From the NCBI RefSeq assembly GCF_000711695.1, contig NW_013547021.1, forward strand, positions 124,001 to 188,000: a DNA stretch of 64,000 bases, given 5' to 3'. Under the pieces are notes generated by a model. It saw nothing but the letters and a program-made list of their open reading frames with translations, ran no database searches and was not told the origin of the DNA. Shown here one piece after another: positions 1-14,444 of this stretch; within the stretch, counting starts at the first letter, position 1, and the number at the start of each line of letters is the position of its first letter. Position numbers and translations under genes: made by a program. This stretch comes from Tilletiaria anomala UBC 951. Lineage: Eukaryota.

Positions 1-53
1 TCGATGCATGCGGCTGACCTCGATCCTTTCTCCCCGTATTACTCTCTAACCAG

Positions 54-101
54 TACTTCGCCTATGCGCAGCTCTTTCGGGTGCCAGGGCACGACTGGTG
101 A
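54..101 (+). CDS. Possible terminal exon of a gene starting upstream of the window (YFAYAQLFRVPGHDW*)
   Basis: Bases 1-53 resemble an intron 3' end (GCTGAC/CTAAC branch-like motifs, pyrimidine tract, CAG at 51-53), followed by a short frame ending in TGA. The phase is unknown. Confidence 0.3.
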   Translation, partial: YFAYAQLFRVPGHDW

Positions 102-379
102 TGTATAATACGCTTACATCGTAAATGAATAACGATCCACCAGGTCACCTTCAGTGGCTTTCGCAGGTTCGCAGATCCGATGGAACCGCTCGCGAAGGAT
201 GGACCAGGTGGAGTTGTGCAACCCGGCCCAACTCCGCCTCTTTCAATCGGTGCAAACAAACCAACAGAGCCGCCTCGCCTCATAAAAAGGATGCAACACC
301 GCGTGAGCACGAATCATGTCAAGCATTCTATGGACATTAGATTTTGAGATACAGCCATCCAGATGATACAATGAACTAC

Positions 380-2647
380 TCAGAGTTCCGACCGGCGAGC
401 AGCCCTGTGCGAGCGAGCAGAGTAGTCGCGGAGCAGCTCGAGGTTGTCGTTGTAAGAGTAGCCAACGTTGTCACGACGGCCAGCTGCGGAGGCTGGCAGA
501 GCTGGAACGACGCGTGCGACACCACCGTGGTACTTGTCTGTGAGGCCGACGAGGCGAGGGGGCAAGGGAAAACAAATCAGTCTTGGACTCTGGGTCGATA
601 GAGGGTATGTGTTCGTGCACACACTCACCAAGGTTGACGGTGAAATTCGCAATGTCATTGCCATGCTTGGTGTACCAAGAGTACGAACCGTTGTTGAGCT
701 TGTCAGTGATGGATTGCAAGTCGAGCTTCAGCCAATGGCTGGTCCATTTTGCGATCCATGTGTTCTCGTGGTTGCCTCTAAACTCCTCGATGCGCTCAGA
801 GCGCGTCTTGGTGAACTTGGGGCTTTCATGGTAGTAAAGAGAAACGTCGGTGCCTGAACACGTAAAGGCACAGACTAATTAATACTCGAGCTCAATAAGA
901 AGCCATCATAATCATCCTTACGAACCCGAGTGTGCAGTTGTGCTCCAGCTGAACAGGCCGCAAAGGAATGATGGTCAGCTTCAACGCTCCGTGTGCACCG
1001 TGCAATTTCACAGACGTATGGCTCACCCAAGATGCGCGCGCCAATTGACCAAACTGGAAAGCCAGATGCTGAGCGATAGGCCACTGTCCTTGACTTTGGC
1101 GAGGTCAAGCGCGCGCTGGATCTCATCAGCATTGGCGTCCTCGACACCGAGACCCTTCTTGATGATCGTCTCGACCATGTACGCCCTCTGCTCATCGGCA
1201 CTGGCGTTGGCTTGCTTGAGGAAATCCGCAGCGAGGTACTCGGTCGAGTGCGTGCCGCGTGCTACGACATCGGGGTACCAAAGGTACTGGCCATCCTTGT
1301 CCTCGGGGCGCTGAACCCCCAGTGTCAGGCCACCGCACTCGTGGTCCGACGTGCCGATCATGACGATCTCAGGCTCATGGTGTCCCTTGTCATTCTCGTC
1401 GACCCACTTAGAAACGGCTTCGACCATATCCTGGTAGGCAAGGATGTCCTGTCGCGTTGAAAACATGAGTCGCGCGGACGCGTCAGAAGCAGCTCACATC
1501 GAAGTCTTGTGGACGAAGCTGCTCACATGGTAATGACCGATGGGATCGTTGTTGTGGGCTGCATGGTCGATACGAGCTCCCTCGATCATGATGAAGAACG
1601 GCTTGTCCGCCTTTTTAAGCGAATTGAGCGTGGCAATGGCCATCTCCTTGAGCGACGGCTCCTTCTTTGGGTCTCGGTCAATCTTTGCGATAATAAGCGA
1701 GGAAGGACAGTGTGTGAGCTTTCAAATATGCCTGGCAAAGAAAGCTCCGCTCTGCTCCTCACCTCGTAAGACATGTGGCTCCGTGCAAAGAGGCCGAGTG
1801 TAGGGTACTTAAAGTTCTTGCCATTTTCTAGTGCCTCAAAGGCGGTGCGGTTCATCAAGACCTGCCAGCCATCCTCCTTGGCCTCGGAGATAAGGTCGCG
1901 CGTATCCTTCCGTGAGCTGCCGGTCGTCGCGTTGGAGATAAAGTAGCCCCAGCCACCACCCATGAGGATGTCGACTTGGCGACCGAGCATGTAGTTCCCA
2001 AGCTGCTGTAAAGCAATCTCTGCCTCGGCATCGCGGTCGTCGATATGTGCTGACCAGGAAGCTGGAGTGGCATGAGTCACTCGCGAAGTGGTGACCAGCG
2101 CGGTATTGTACCCTTTCGCCTTGGCACCTTCCAAGATGGTGCCGCACGGCTTCTTATCCGAATCCACGCCGATGTATGCGTTCACGCTCTTCAAGCCGCA
2201 GGAGTAGGCAGTCGCACTGGCCGCCGAGTCCTGTCAAAAAGAGAAAGGGCACATTCGTCATGGTCAGTACATCTTGTTCTTCACGCCGAACGGAATGCCT
2301 TTTGGATGATGAACACACCGTCACCAAACTAGAGCTCGCCCTAGTCCGGATCTGTCCGATGACGTATTTGTCTTGCGCAAGCTCTGCATCCCATGGCAGC
2401 TTGTTCTCGTATTGGTAAATACTGCGAGCAAAAGTCTCCGATGCTGGACCAAACCCATCGGCTACAAAGATAATGGAAGACAGCGTCTCAGTTATCAAGT
2501 CCTCCTCCATCCTTTAGAGAATCTGCATGTAGATCCGCACTCACAGATCAGCTGGATGACGCTGCGTTGCTGCTTCTTGCCGTTGACGAATGAAGACGAA
2601 GCGAGGAGCAGCAGCGCAGAAAGCTGGGCGAAGCGAGTAGCGACCAT
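380..2647 (-). CDS. PHO8: Alkaline phosphatase (Pho8/PhoA family), multi-exon, with N-terminal signal peptide
   Basis: Spliced model starts MVATRFAQLSALLLLASSSFVNG and contains I-SDGFGP, VT|DSAASATA (catalytic Ser), TTSRVTHATPA, TSDHECGG, WSTTAHSG|TDV and GNHENT. GT-AG introns link ORFs 2154-2510, 1586-2194, 1023-1466, 471-719 and 380-664. Confidence 0.92.
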
Positions 2648-4187
2648 GGTGAGACGGAGTAATATAATGTACCAAGTACGTAAGCAGAATCAGTCCACCA
2701 AGCACGAATGGAAAAGGATCAAGCAGACACGGGCAGCGAGAAAGAGGGCAGGGGTGTGAGTGGGCTTGTATCGTCAGAGTTCTGGCCATTTATAAGCATG
2801 GAGCACGACGAGCCGATACGCAGTGGTGCCTATCATAATGCGGCCATCAGCTATGGCCCGCTGACTGCAGCGACAAGTGTTTCGTGTGGGATCAAAGGCG
2901 TGCGAGGATCCATGTTCTGCACGCCACTCAGCATTCAGCGGCGGAGCGCCCGAACGAAAGAGCATGTCGATATTTTCTGTGGTCCAGTCCAAAGCGAAGT
3001 CGAAGTTAAAAGTCACCAGCGCTTTCTCAATTCTTGCGAGGCGGCTGATCAACGTGGGCGCATCTTGCGACAGTAGTATTGCGCCAAATGGTTAATGCCA
3101 CACTGATATCGAGCGTGAACAATGCAATGTGCATGGACCGTGGTATGTATGCAATGCTCTGCTCATATTTCCGAATCCCCCCGGCCCGCGCTACTTGCTA
3201 ATCTTGCTCCGGGCGCTCAGGAGTTTTGGTAGCTGTGTCCCTGGTGAGCTGCGGTGAGGACTGCTCAGAAAGATATTCCTCGATGCGAGAGACTGAGAAC
3301 GAGCGAGGATGTCGAACGAGCAGAGCATGGAGGAGTGGCGGGCGACACAACGGTCAGCGGGGTTCGTCCAGTGCGTGCAACAAAGACTCGTTTCGACCTT
3401 CGACTGCTGTTCTCCATCGCAAGGCTAGCCGCTCACACCCGATCAAGAATGTGTTCCTGGATTTGTTCGAAGTCTATCCGATCATACAGATGAATGAGGA
3501 AATTTTGACGCCTTCAATGAGGTGAGAAACACGGTCGCAAGATGCAAGCCATGCTTTTCTGCTGTAGATCGAGCCTAATGACGAACGTTTGTTGACCTTT
3601 GATGACACGCTGTTATCGTGGGGGCGCATGCACTCAAAAAAGGACGCAACGTGTCTCCTCAGCCCTCAGTCCTCACCACACGCGCTTCTCAAGTGCCTTG
3701 TCCTGACTGCGGCGAGGCACGTTCTGCGACTTGGCCGCTTGGCATTCGCAAGGCCAGGTACATTGATAAGCGCGCTTCCACATAGTCTACTACATTCAAC
3801 AGCCCATGCGCCATCCTGACGCATTCCCAAATGGACGCAAGTTCATACTAGTAACCACAATTGGGCTTGGCATTGCATCCTTGCCAAAAAAAATCAAGTA
3901 TTAACGGAAAAGAAAGAATGGAATACTCTCGCTCGAAATGGCATCCACGTTCCGTGTCCCGTATTCCGTATTCTGCATTGGTAGTGCGCGTCATATGTAC
4001 TCCTCTCTCTTGTCGTCTGCGCTCTCAGCAACTTCATTCGCTCGCGACAATTTTGAGGAGTTTCTACCCCGGGTCATTCGACAATGTCGATGTGCAATCC
4101 GCACTCGCGGCAATGTAAACGGACGAAAAATCTCAACCCAGTTCTACGGCTTATCGTATCGCGTGCCGTGTCTCCCTGATTCCCGCG

Positions 4188-5485
4188 ATGCCATTTGGAC
4201 AACTCGTCATTGGCTCGCCGGGCTCAGGCAAGACGACCTATTGCAATGGTATGCAGCAATTCCTCACCGCTCTCAAACGTCCTGTCAGCGTCGTCAACCT
4301 GGACCCGGCCAATGATGAACTGCCGTACGACTGCGCAATTGACATACGCAAGCTCATCACCGTCGTTGATGTGATGAAGGAGCTGGACCTAGGCCCAAAT
4401 GTGTGTGTGTCGGTGTCACCATCGATGTAGCCTCGCGCCATGCTCATACTGAATGAAGTGATTTGGGACTACAGGGCGCCATGCTCTACTGCATGGAATA
4501 TCTCGAAGAAAACTTTGAATGGCTCGACTCGCAGCTTGACCAGCTAGGGCCAGACGCTTACGCCGTCTTTGATCTGCCTGGACAAGTCGAACTTTCCACA
4601 AATCACCCCAGCTTACGCAACATTCTAGATCGCCTGCAAAAGAAGGACTGGCGTCTGGTTGCGGTACATCTGACAGACGCATCGCATATCACAGATGCGG
4701 CGCGCTACGTCTCGCTTCTCCTCCTTTCCCTCCGAGCCATGCTGATGCTCGAGCTGCCGCACATCAACGTCCTCAGCAAGATCGACCTTCTTGCAGACCA
4801 TTTTGACGATGTAGAATTTAATCTCGACTTCTATACCGAAGTGCAAGACCTGAGCTATCTGGAACATGCGCTCGAACGCTCCACGGGCTCCGTGGGTCCG
4901 CGGGCAGAGCGGTTCCGCGCTCTCAACCGCACCCTGTGCGAGATCATCGAGGACTTTTGCCTGGTTAACTTCGAAACACTCGCGGTCGAGGACAAGGACT
5001 CGATGTTCCGCCTGCTGCGCCTGATCGACAAGGCAGCAGGCTACATCTACGCTCATGGCCACGACCCGGGTGCTGAGACAGTGCCGGACCACATGGGCAT
5101 CTATGAGCCGGGCAGCAGCGCCGCCACGTCCAACCTGGCTAGTGGCTCCGTCATGGCCAAACCGCCAGCACGGACTGCCGCGTCGGCCAACTCTCTCTTC
5201 ACAGTTGCAGATCGGGGCACAACGATGGGCTGGGGAGGCGCGTTGGACGTGCAGGAGCGCTGGGTCGACCATAAAAACGAATGGGATGAGTGGGAAGACG
5301 AAAAGGCGAGAGAAGAGGGCAAGTTGATCGCAGAGCGAAAAATTATGCAAAGCGCAGAAAAGGTGCTTGCCAGACAGCGTGCCGGAGATGGTACCCTGCA
5401 ATCGCCAAAAGGGAGTGAAGGTCGCCGCCAGATACAGGCGCAGGGCGAGATGCCAATGTTCCATGATACCTCCTGCAATACATAG
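4188..5485 (+). CDS. GPN2: GPN-loop GTPase, GPN2-like (2 exons, intron about 4401-4474)
   Basis: [20 protein letters not shown]-loop, [12 protein letters not shown] loop across the splice junction, [20 protein letters not shown]. Confidence 0.92.
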
Positions 5486-5561
5486 CCATGCCAAGTAGCG
5501 CAAAAGAGAGTTTCATCTGCATGGAGGCCTGATTGCATAAAATTCGCGCATTTCACATCGC

Positions 5562-8500
5562 CTACGGTACGATGGCCAATTGGGGCGGGATTGTCGGGTC
5601 TGATGCAAGTGCAGGAGGGTTTGCTGGTATTGCTGAGAATGGCTGTTTGAGCATCGCATCGAGAGCCTCCGCCTGCTCGTTCTCCTCCATTAACGCTGCA
5701 ACATCGTCGTCTATCTCAATGGGCCCTGCAGCGAGAGCGCCTGCTGGTGGATCCACGATAGCTGGTGTCCGTGACACATCTTGCGGCGAATCGCGTCTCG
5801 GTGCCGCACGCCTCCTGCTTCTTCGGACGGAAGGCGCATAGCCTTCGTCACCACCACCCCCACCACCACATCCACTATCACCAAGTGATTCTGCCATTGC
5901 AGCTTCGTCCGCTAGACCCGCCAGTTCATCGTCAATGCTCGGCAACTCTTTGGCGGTAGCAGGGGTAGGGGCAGGACCACCGGCGGGAGTAGCTGGCGCT
6001 GCAGATAAGTCAGGAGCTTTGGCGACTGCCGACGGCTTTCCTCCCATTGCAGCAAGCTGGAACATTGCTCTCCGCTTGTCTTCTGCGGATACAGCCGGGT
6101 CTGAGACAGTAGCCAGCAACTTTTCCCGTGTCGCCTGTAACGCCTTTTCAGCTTGCTCTGCGTGACGCTGGCGTGCGCTCTCTTGATCTGCCTCGCGTTC
6201 GCGCAGCTTGTCATACTCAGCAGCTTTCCGCCGCACCGCGTCGTCCGTCCGCGTGTGTTGAGCAATGAACAGCTGGAGCTGGGCCTTGAGGCGATCATTG
6301 TCACCTTGCAGACGGCGCAATTCGAGCCCGTGTATGCCCTTCAGATGCAAGACGATACCATCGTGCTGCGCTCGCAATCGGCTTGACCTCACCTTTGCCG
6401 TGTCCCGCTCTTTCGTGAGCTTGGCGTTGGCATTCTGGGTCTTGGTGATTGCCTCCTTGTTGGCCTTTGCTTCGGCTTGCAAATGCGTTAGGTCGGCTTG
6501 CAGGCCGTTTAGTTTTGCTCTAAGTGCGATGTTCTGCTTCTGCGCCTCAACTAGGTCCTCCTTGATGACATCGTCCTCTAACAGCCTATCATACTTCCGC
6601 TGCAAGATCATATGCTCCTCCATCGAGACGGGAGCGGAAGACCCAGGACGAGCCTTGCCAGTCTTAGAGTCAAGTCGATGTCCCAGAGCGTCGTACCAAG
6701 GTGAATGCCGCCAATTGCTCGAGAGCATCTGAGCGATCTGCTTGCCCATGATCTGCACTGTGAAGCTGGGCGGGCTCGTCTCGATGATGAGTCCTAGCTT
6801 GCTATGCAGCTCGTCCGGGGGTTCCAGCGAGCCTAATTCGATGAACCACGACTCCTTCTCCTTAAGCAGGGAAGAGTCTTCCAGCTGGCTGGGGGTATCG
6901 ATCACAAATTCAATCACAGTCTGTTTGAAGAACACTGGCACGTGCGGACTGGCCTCGACCTGTTCTGCAACGTAATGTCTCGCGATTTTGGAGGTCGGAG
7001 AGTAGATCACATGTTGCTGGGCATTAGGTTCAGCTGCTGTTGGAGGGCCAGCGGATGGAGAACTTGAGTCTTGCACTGCGGGGGCGCTTGAATCAGGTAA
7101 ACTTTGTGGCGGGGCGTACCCAGGAACTTGCAAGCCCCCTGTCGCCCTGCGCCCATCCTGTCGACTGGGTGACATATCGTCCTCCAAGCCCGAAACGCCG
7201 ATCAGACGCGCCTGGCCGCCTGTGCGCATAGCCTTGAGCACATCCAGATCATCGCCAGACTCGATGCCGTCGCTGTCCATGTTCTCATCGTACGTCACCT
7301 GCGCAGGCACTTCACGCATAGGAGCAGGCACAAGCCACCGACCGACACGCGGCGCAGCCTGTGAATCCTTTCCTACAAGTGCGGCCGAGGAGGACGGCAT
7401 GACGATGCCAGCCCTGTCGCGAGCTCGTTGATTGGAAGGTGTGAAATTCTCGATACGCGAGCTCTGCTGCTCCGGCGCTTGTGCGCCGACGGCCGGCCCC
7501 GCAAAAGGCAGTTCCAGGTGCTCCCATGTCGTGTCTGCTGATCTCCCCTGCGTGCTGTCCGTGTGTAAGGGCCCACCCGTCTTCGGACCGACGATTGGCT
7601 TGAAATGATCACTCCCGTGTAAGCCGCTGATCGCGCGCAGCGGTGCAGCTCCAGGTAGCTGTTTGGCGGCCCTCAGGGTGCAGATGGCGTTGGACGCAGA
7701 GCCTCTGAGCAGGGCTTGCTCGTTGTCGCAGTCGGTGACCACAATTGCTTCCTCTGGAGGTGTCAGCAGCGGAGATTCTTCTCGAAATACGACTGCAGGG
7801 TTTGTCGTCACCTCGTGTCGCCGCGCGCGTTTGGTGGGAGATAGTGCCATCCTCGTCCTCTTGGAGCGTATCGCCTGCCCAAGCTGGGAATCACTCGCTT
7901 CAACATCTTCTTCCGCAAGTCTCGCCGACCCTCTATCCTCAGCTGATAATGCTGCGATGCACCCAGGCGACTTTGTTGGCGACACGCTGGTGCCGGCTTG
8001 ATGTTTTCGCTTCTGAATACCCAGGAAGGTCGGCCCAGCAACGGAGCATGAGCGACCACGGAGAAGATGCATGAAGTGCACAGCTTTATGAAACTCACGA
8101 GTGACTCACTCGCCTTGGCGCGATGACTCTCTTTCTTTTGTTGTCGCATGAAAGACATGCTTTCCCGCCGGACTTGTTCCGCTGAAGCTTCTGTTTCATC
8201 TTCTTCTCCCTGCCCACTGCTCTTGTCGACGGCATCCTTGTTGGCCCTCTCCTCCTCCTCCTCCTCTTCCTCCTGCGCTTCTTCTTCTCCTTCTTTGTAC
8301 ATCTGATCCCGCGCACCGTCCGCCTCGCCATCTGTCTCGGACTCTTTTTCTTTGTCTTTGATTGTCTCCACTTTCCGGCGTTTCTCATTTGCCATGCCCT
8401 TGCGCGCCGTTTGACGCGGTGGAGATGCACGATGCTGACCGGTCGTCGAACGATGAGACTGCGGCTTTGCGTGTATGCTAGTGCTCTTGCGCAGTCCCAC

Positions 8501-9217
8501 TGGGCGCACCTCTGAATCCTCTTCTGTCTGCACGAGCGACGTACCATCTCCCTGCATCCTTCTTTCTGCACGACCGATCAGCATGCCGTTCCCACGCTTC
8601 GCGAGCGCTTGGGCCCAAGCGTCGGTATTGGATTCGTTGGTGGCAGACTGGGAGGGCGGCTCGCGGAAGCCAATTGGCATAATCTCATCCTCTAGAGCAT
8701 CCTCTCCGTCGGCTTCGCTGTCGTCCTGGTCGATATTTACAATTTTTGGGCCTTCGTCCGCGCTGTCCTCGGGGCTGACAAGCACGACTTCCTTTCGTTG
8801 GTCCGAGGCCAATGTGCCGCGGCTGTAGGACCTTGCGCTCGCTCTGGCAGTGGACATGGAGCTCCTGGCCCGGGTCGACGTATCTCGGGCAGCTTGTGCG
8901 TCTGTAAGCCTGGACATGCTGGCTCTAGCACGAGTTGCAGCGGAGGCGGCCGCCGCCTCTGGCACAAAGGCTGAAGCACGGCGGGTACTCCCATTGCTGA
9001 AGGCCGAGGCGTCCAGCTGCTTCTTCATTTTCAGATAGTGATCAAGGTAGGCGCTCCTCGCTTTCGAGGCGTCATTGTAATCAGCAAGTTTGGATGGTGC
9101 TCCTGCTACTGCTACTACTGCTTCTGCCGAAGGATCCCGTCCCTGATAGTTCACTTCATTGGACGAAGCCGACGCGTCAGGTATGTTATTGAGGTAGCTC
9201 ATATTTGAGCTCTCCAT
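5562..9217 (-). CDS. Large hypothetical protein, low complexity/acidic with a C-terminal coiled coil (2 exons, intron about 8013-8098)
   Basis: Long ORFs 7808-9217 and 5562-8081 can be joined by a GTGAGT...TTCAG intron. Contains a poly-Glu tract and a heptad-rich region (LRAKLNGLQADLTHLQAEAKANKEAI...). No family recognised. Confidence 0.7.
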
Positions 9218-9960
9218 AGTGCTCCTCGAGCTGCCTGATGGGCGAAATGAGTAGTCTTCCGGGTTGGTCTAGGTGTAGTTTGGCACTTTGAGGCGCAGGT
9301 CAGTGGTGGAGGGCCAGCCTGTGCCGGTGACGAAGGCGTCAATGCTGCTGCTTGCTCCGAGGAGCTTGGTGGACTTGTCGCAAGTGCTGTGACCGCCGTT
9401 GGCTTGCGTGCTCCGCTATGACCCCGGCACAAAGCTCGCCCCGAGCGCGGGCAGCATAGGCAGTCAGGAAGTTCTGTGACAAGGGGGGCTGGCTGACTCC
9501 ATCCGTATCCTGCGGAGGCACAGGTATGAGAATGGTCAAGCAAGCATCGTCTCATTTCTCTCGGCGTGGCTTTGACATTTTGAAGGTTGTCGACTCACGC
9601 GGCTCTCTCACATCTCACCCACGCGTGCGCGCTTACGAACAATTTGGGATGAGAGACGAGACGCTGCCACGACCATCACTATTCATCCTCACCTCGCTCT
9701 GTTGCATCCAGCATGGTCAGGGGCGGCGTTCAAAGGCACATGCATATGTGCACAGGATGGTGCAGCAGGCCTGTTGATATCAGCCGCCAACCCATGGCCC
9801 CTCGACCATGAACACCAGCTGCAGCTCATGGCCCACGTCTGCAGCACACCCTTGAAGCCTCTTCCCGCAAGACTGGCTTGGCCTCGCTTTGACGCCTGCT
9901 TCGACTGACTCTCTCATCGGCCCCCTCTCCCTAGCGCGTGCAACTGAGAGGATCTCTGCA

Positions 9961-11409
9961 ATGTCCTTCAGCAGCGGCGGGGGCTCTGGTCTCCGTCGAG
10001 CGGCGGTGTTTGCCGCCGACGACTCTGGATCTGATGGCGAAGAGAAGCACGCAAGCTCGTCCAAACACCACCATCGTCATCATCATCATCATCATCACCG
10101 GCACCGGCACCATGAACATCGGAATGGAAGCAGCAGCAATCGTGACGGCGAGGCAATTACCGGCTTTTCCTCCTCGGGAGCAGAGCTGGCACAGAAGCAT
10201 CTGCCACCCAAGGAGCCGATCGTCATCCCTGTGTTGCCCGATGTCGATTTTCGCGCCATTGCGCACCAGCGTCGGCGTGGACGCGATCTGGCGTCGGAGC
10301 TGGGCAGCTTGAACTCGATGCGCAGGGACGGTAATGGCCCGGTCGTCCCCCGAAGCGATAGCGAGCTTCATCGTACCGGTGCAAGTGGTGCCGCAAACGG
10401 ATCGAATGTACATGGGCAAGCGACACGCGATCGCATCGGAGATGAAGAGCAGCACAAAGGGCTCGTCGTGCGCACAGCTGCTGGATCGCAGAAAGCAGGG
10501 TCTTCGGCACCAGGCTTTCGATCTCCAACTCCACCTTCCGCAGATGTCCGGGGAGCGACGACTCCGCCGCCCGAGTCGGCGGACGAAGCTGCGCGCCGGG
10601 CACTGCTCGCCGGCGCCAGAGGAGCTGGCGCCGGGTGCGGCGTAAATGACAGCTTGACAATCCCGATGGTGGTTGATGAAGAACAGGCGCTGCGCGACGA
10701 CGTCGACGACCGGCCGGACGCGCCATCGCTCGAGACGTACACGGCAATCCCCGTCGAAGGCTTTGGCGCTGCGATGCTGCGCGGCATGGGCTGGAAGGAG
10801 GGCATGGGCGCCGGACGCAAGCGTGATGGGCCAACGGAGGCCATGCAAGTCAAGAAACGGCCACAGCTCTTGGGCCTCGGGGCGAAGGAGCGGCAGCAGG
10901 TGGCCGACCAGCGCGGGGCGACCACAAGCGGCAGCAGGAGAAAGGATGCACCGGGAAGCAGCAGGCCGACTGCACGAGGATATATGCCGCTCGTGCGCCG
11001 AGAGGCCGGAAGTGGGGACGTCATTGCCAGCGCCAGCGCGAGTCGCAGCGGGACACCCGTGCAGAGTGACGGCGACCGAAGGCCTGACTACTCGCGGCGA
11101 CGGCACGAAGATGATGGAGATAGAGGGGGAAGCGGTAGCGGGTACAAGACTAGCGGCAGTGGCGACGGGCGGTACCGGTATCGCTCCCGGTCTGCTTCTC
11201 CAACGCCACCGCGCAGCCCGGCCGAAGCTGGTTCAAGGTTGCGACGGACACACGAGCAGCCCTCGGAGCGGTATCGACGAGGAAACGAGTACAAGCATTC
11301 ACGCCGGCACCAGGAACCGTCTTTTAGAGATGAATACTACAGGGACAAGGACAGACAAGGGAATTACCATCATCATCCTACTTCGCGATCACGAGCAGCA
11401 GGGCGATGA
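9961..11409 (+). CDS. SPP2: Spp2/MOS2-type G-patch pre-mRNA splicing factor
   Basis: G-patch signature RPDAPSLETYTAIPVEGFGAAMLRGMGWKEG...KKRPQLLGLGA, Arg/Ser/Asp-rich C-terminus. ATG at 9961. Confidence 0.85.
   Translation: MSFSSGGGSGLRRAAVFAADDSGSDGEEKHASSSKHHHRHHHHHHHRHRHHEHRNGSSSNRDGEAITGFSSSGAELAQKHLPPKEPIVIPVLPDVDFRAIAHQRRRGRDLASELGSLNSMRRDGNGPVVPRSDSELHRTGASGAANGSNVHGQATRDRIGDEEQHKGLVVRTAAGSQKAGSSAPGFRSPTPPSADVRGATTPPPESADEAARRALLAGARGAGAGCGVNDSLTIPMVVDEEQALRDDVDDRPDAPSLETYTAIPVEGFGAAMLRGMGWKEGMGAGRKRDGPTEAMQVKKRPQLLGLGAKERQQVADQRGATTSGSRRKDAPGSSRPTARGYMPLVRREAGSGDVIASASASRSGTPVQSDGDRRPDYSRRRHEDDGDRGGSGSGYKTSGSGDGRYRYRSRSASPTPPRSPAEAGSRLRRTHEQPSERYRRGNEYKHSRRHQEPSFRDEYYRDKDRQGNYHHHPTSRSRAAGR
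10066..10120 (+). repeat. CAT/CAC trinucleotide run encoding a poly-His tract
   Basis: caccaccatcgtcatcatcatcatcatcatcaccggcaccggcaccat translates to HHHRHHHHHHHRHRHH. Confidence 0.8.
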
Positions 11410-12134
11410 GAGGTTTGTCCGGCCACAGTCGAGATAGTCGGATGGGTGGTTGGGCACGAAATGGCGCAGCAACACATACAAAACTGCCGCTAAGACGCAA
11501 AGTGCTACCAAGCTTTGCGGGTTGTATAAAACCGACTTGCATATCCTTTGTTAAACTAACCCTTACAATCAGGTCAAGTCTGCTAGTCCTTCGATGAAGA
11601 GAGAGAGAGAGATCGGAAATGCATGCTAGTAAGCAGCTGCCCAGGCTCTTGGTGCAAATATGATTACATAATTCATGCGGCCAAACCCCCGGATTTCGGG
11701 TTCCGACAAAAAGCCGATTTACCAGCCTTTCGGGTTGATTTCCCATGTACAATTTTGTGAACAAAGTCGAGTGTGCAAGAGTGTGCGCACACACGCACAT
11801 TACATTTCTACTGGACAGAGAAAGGAACACTTGCAAGAGTTCTCTCGTGCGCTGTCATTCTGTCCGCTCATCGATGAATGCACACACAGCTCCACTTTCT
11901 CGCACATGCCTGTGCACAGCCAACGAAGATCAAACCCAACACACCTCCCATAACGGAACAACGCATTTAGGTCTGTCCTTCTCACTCACACAGGCTGGCA
12001 CCCCTCCCCACTCTGAACAAAGGCCGATCACCGACCGGTCGCACGCTAGCCGCCATACATACTCTGTTCTGCGTCGTAGCACACGCATACATCCTCTCTG
12101 CATCACTCCATACTCCCTCATTAGCCAGCGCAAC

Positions 12135-13907
<1,773 letters not shown>

Positions 13908-14444
13908 GGTTACATTAGGACAACCAGTCAAGCCTGCGAGTCCATTCACTTCTGGCCGCTCTCGGATGCTTTGTTAGAAGTAACGGAGTCTAGCAATCTG
14001 CGATTGCGCGCTTGGTACATGCATTTGTCTCTCCTTTTTGTTTACTTTCGCATAATACAAAATAGAGCCTCAACGCGAACGAAACGCCTTCGAAGCCAAT
14101 GGTCCTGTTGTAATACGCGCAAGAGAAGGAAAGCGGTAAAGAGGCAGGCTTTCTATGACGGAGCACCACCTTTCCGATTTGACATGTATGATGCGAGCAG
14201 GCCCGAGCCACTGCATGCGAAGCCAAGGGACAATGCGCCAAATGGGCCTATTCAAGATCCGACCACAGGATGCTTGCATGGTAATGTGTGATCAGCCCTC
14301 ATTGTGCACTACGGCTCGCGGGGAAGCCTGGCCATGCAAGCCGCAGCAGCACCAGCGCGCAACAGCAGGCCTTTCGCCAGAGGCGAACATGGGGCTGCGC
14401 GACTGGTGGGATAATGGTATGATTATCGCGCACGTTTCTGAGCT

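Noticed and set aside
2650..4100. CACGTT-like Pho4 sites and short ORFs upstream of the alkaline phosphatase
   Set aside because: Hexamers of this kind are expected by chance, and no coherent gene model could be built.
9931..11106. Long antisense ORFs (391 aa here, 292 aa at 4625-5503, 274 aa at 12290-13114, and others)
   Set aside because: They are shadows of GC-rich, codon-biased genes on the opposite strand and carry no motifs.
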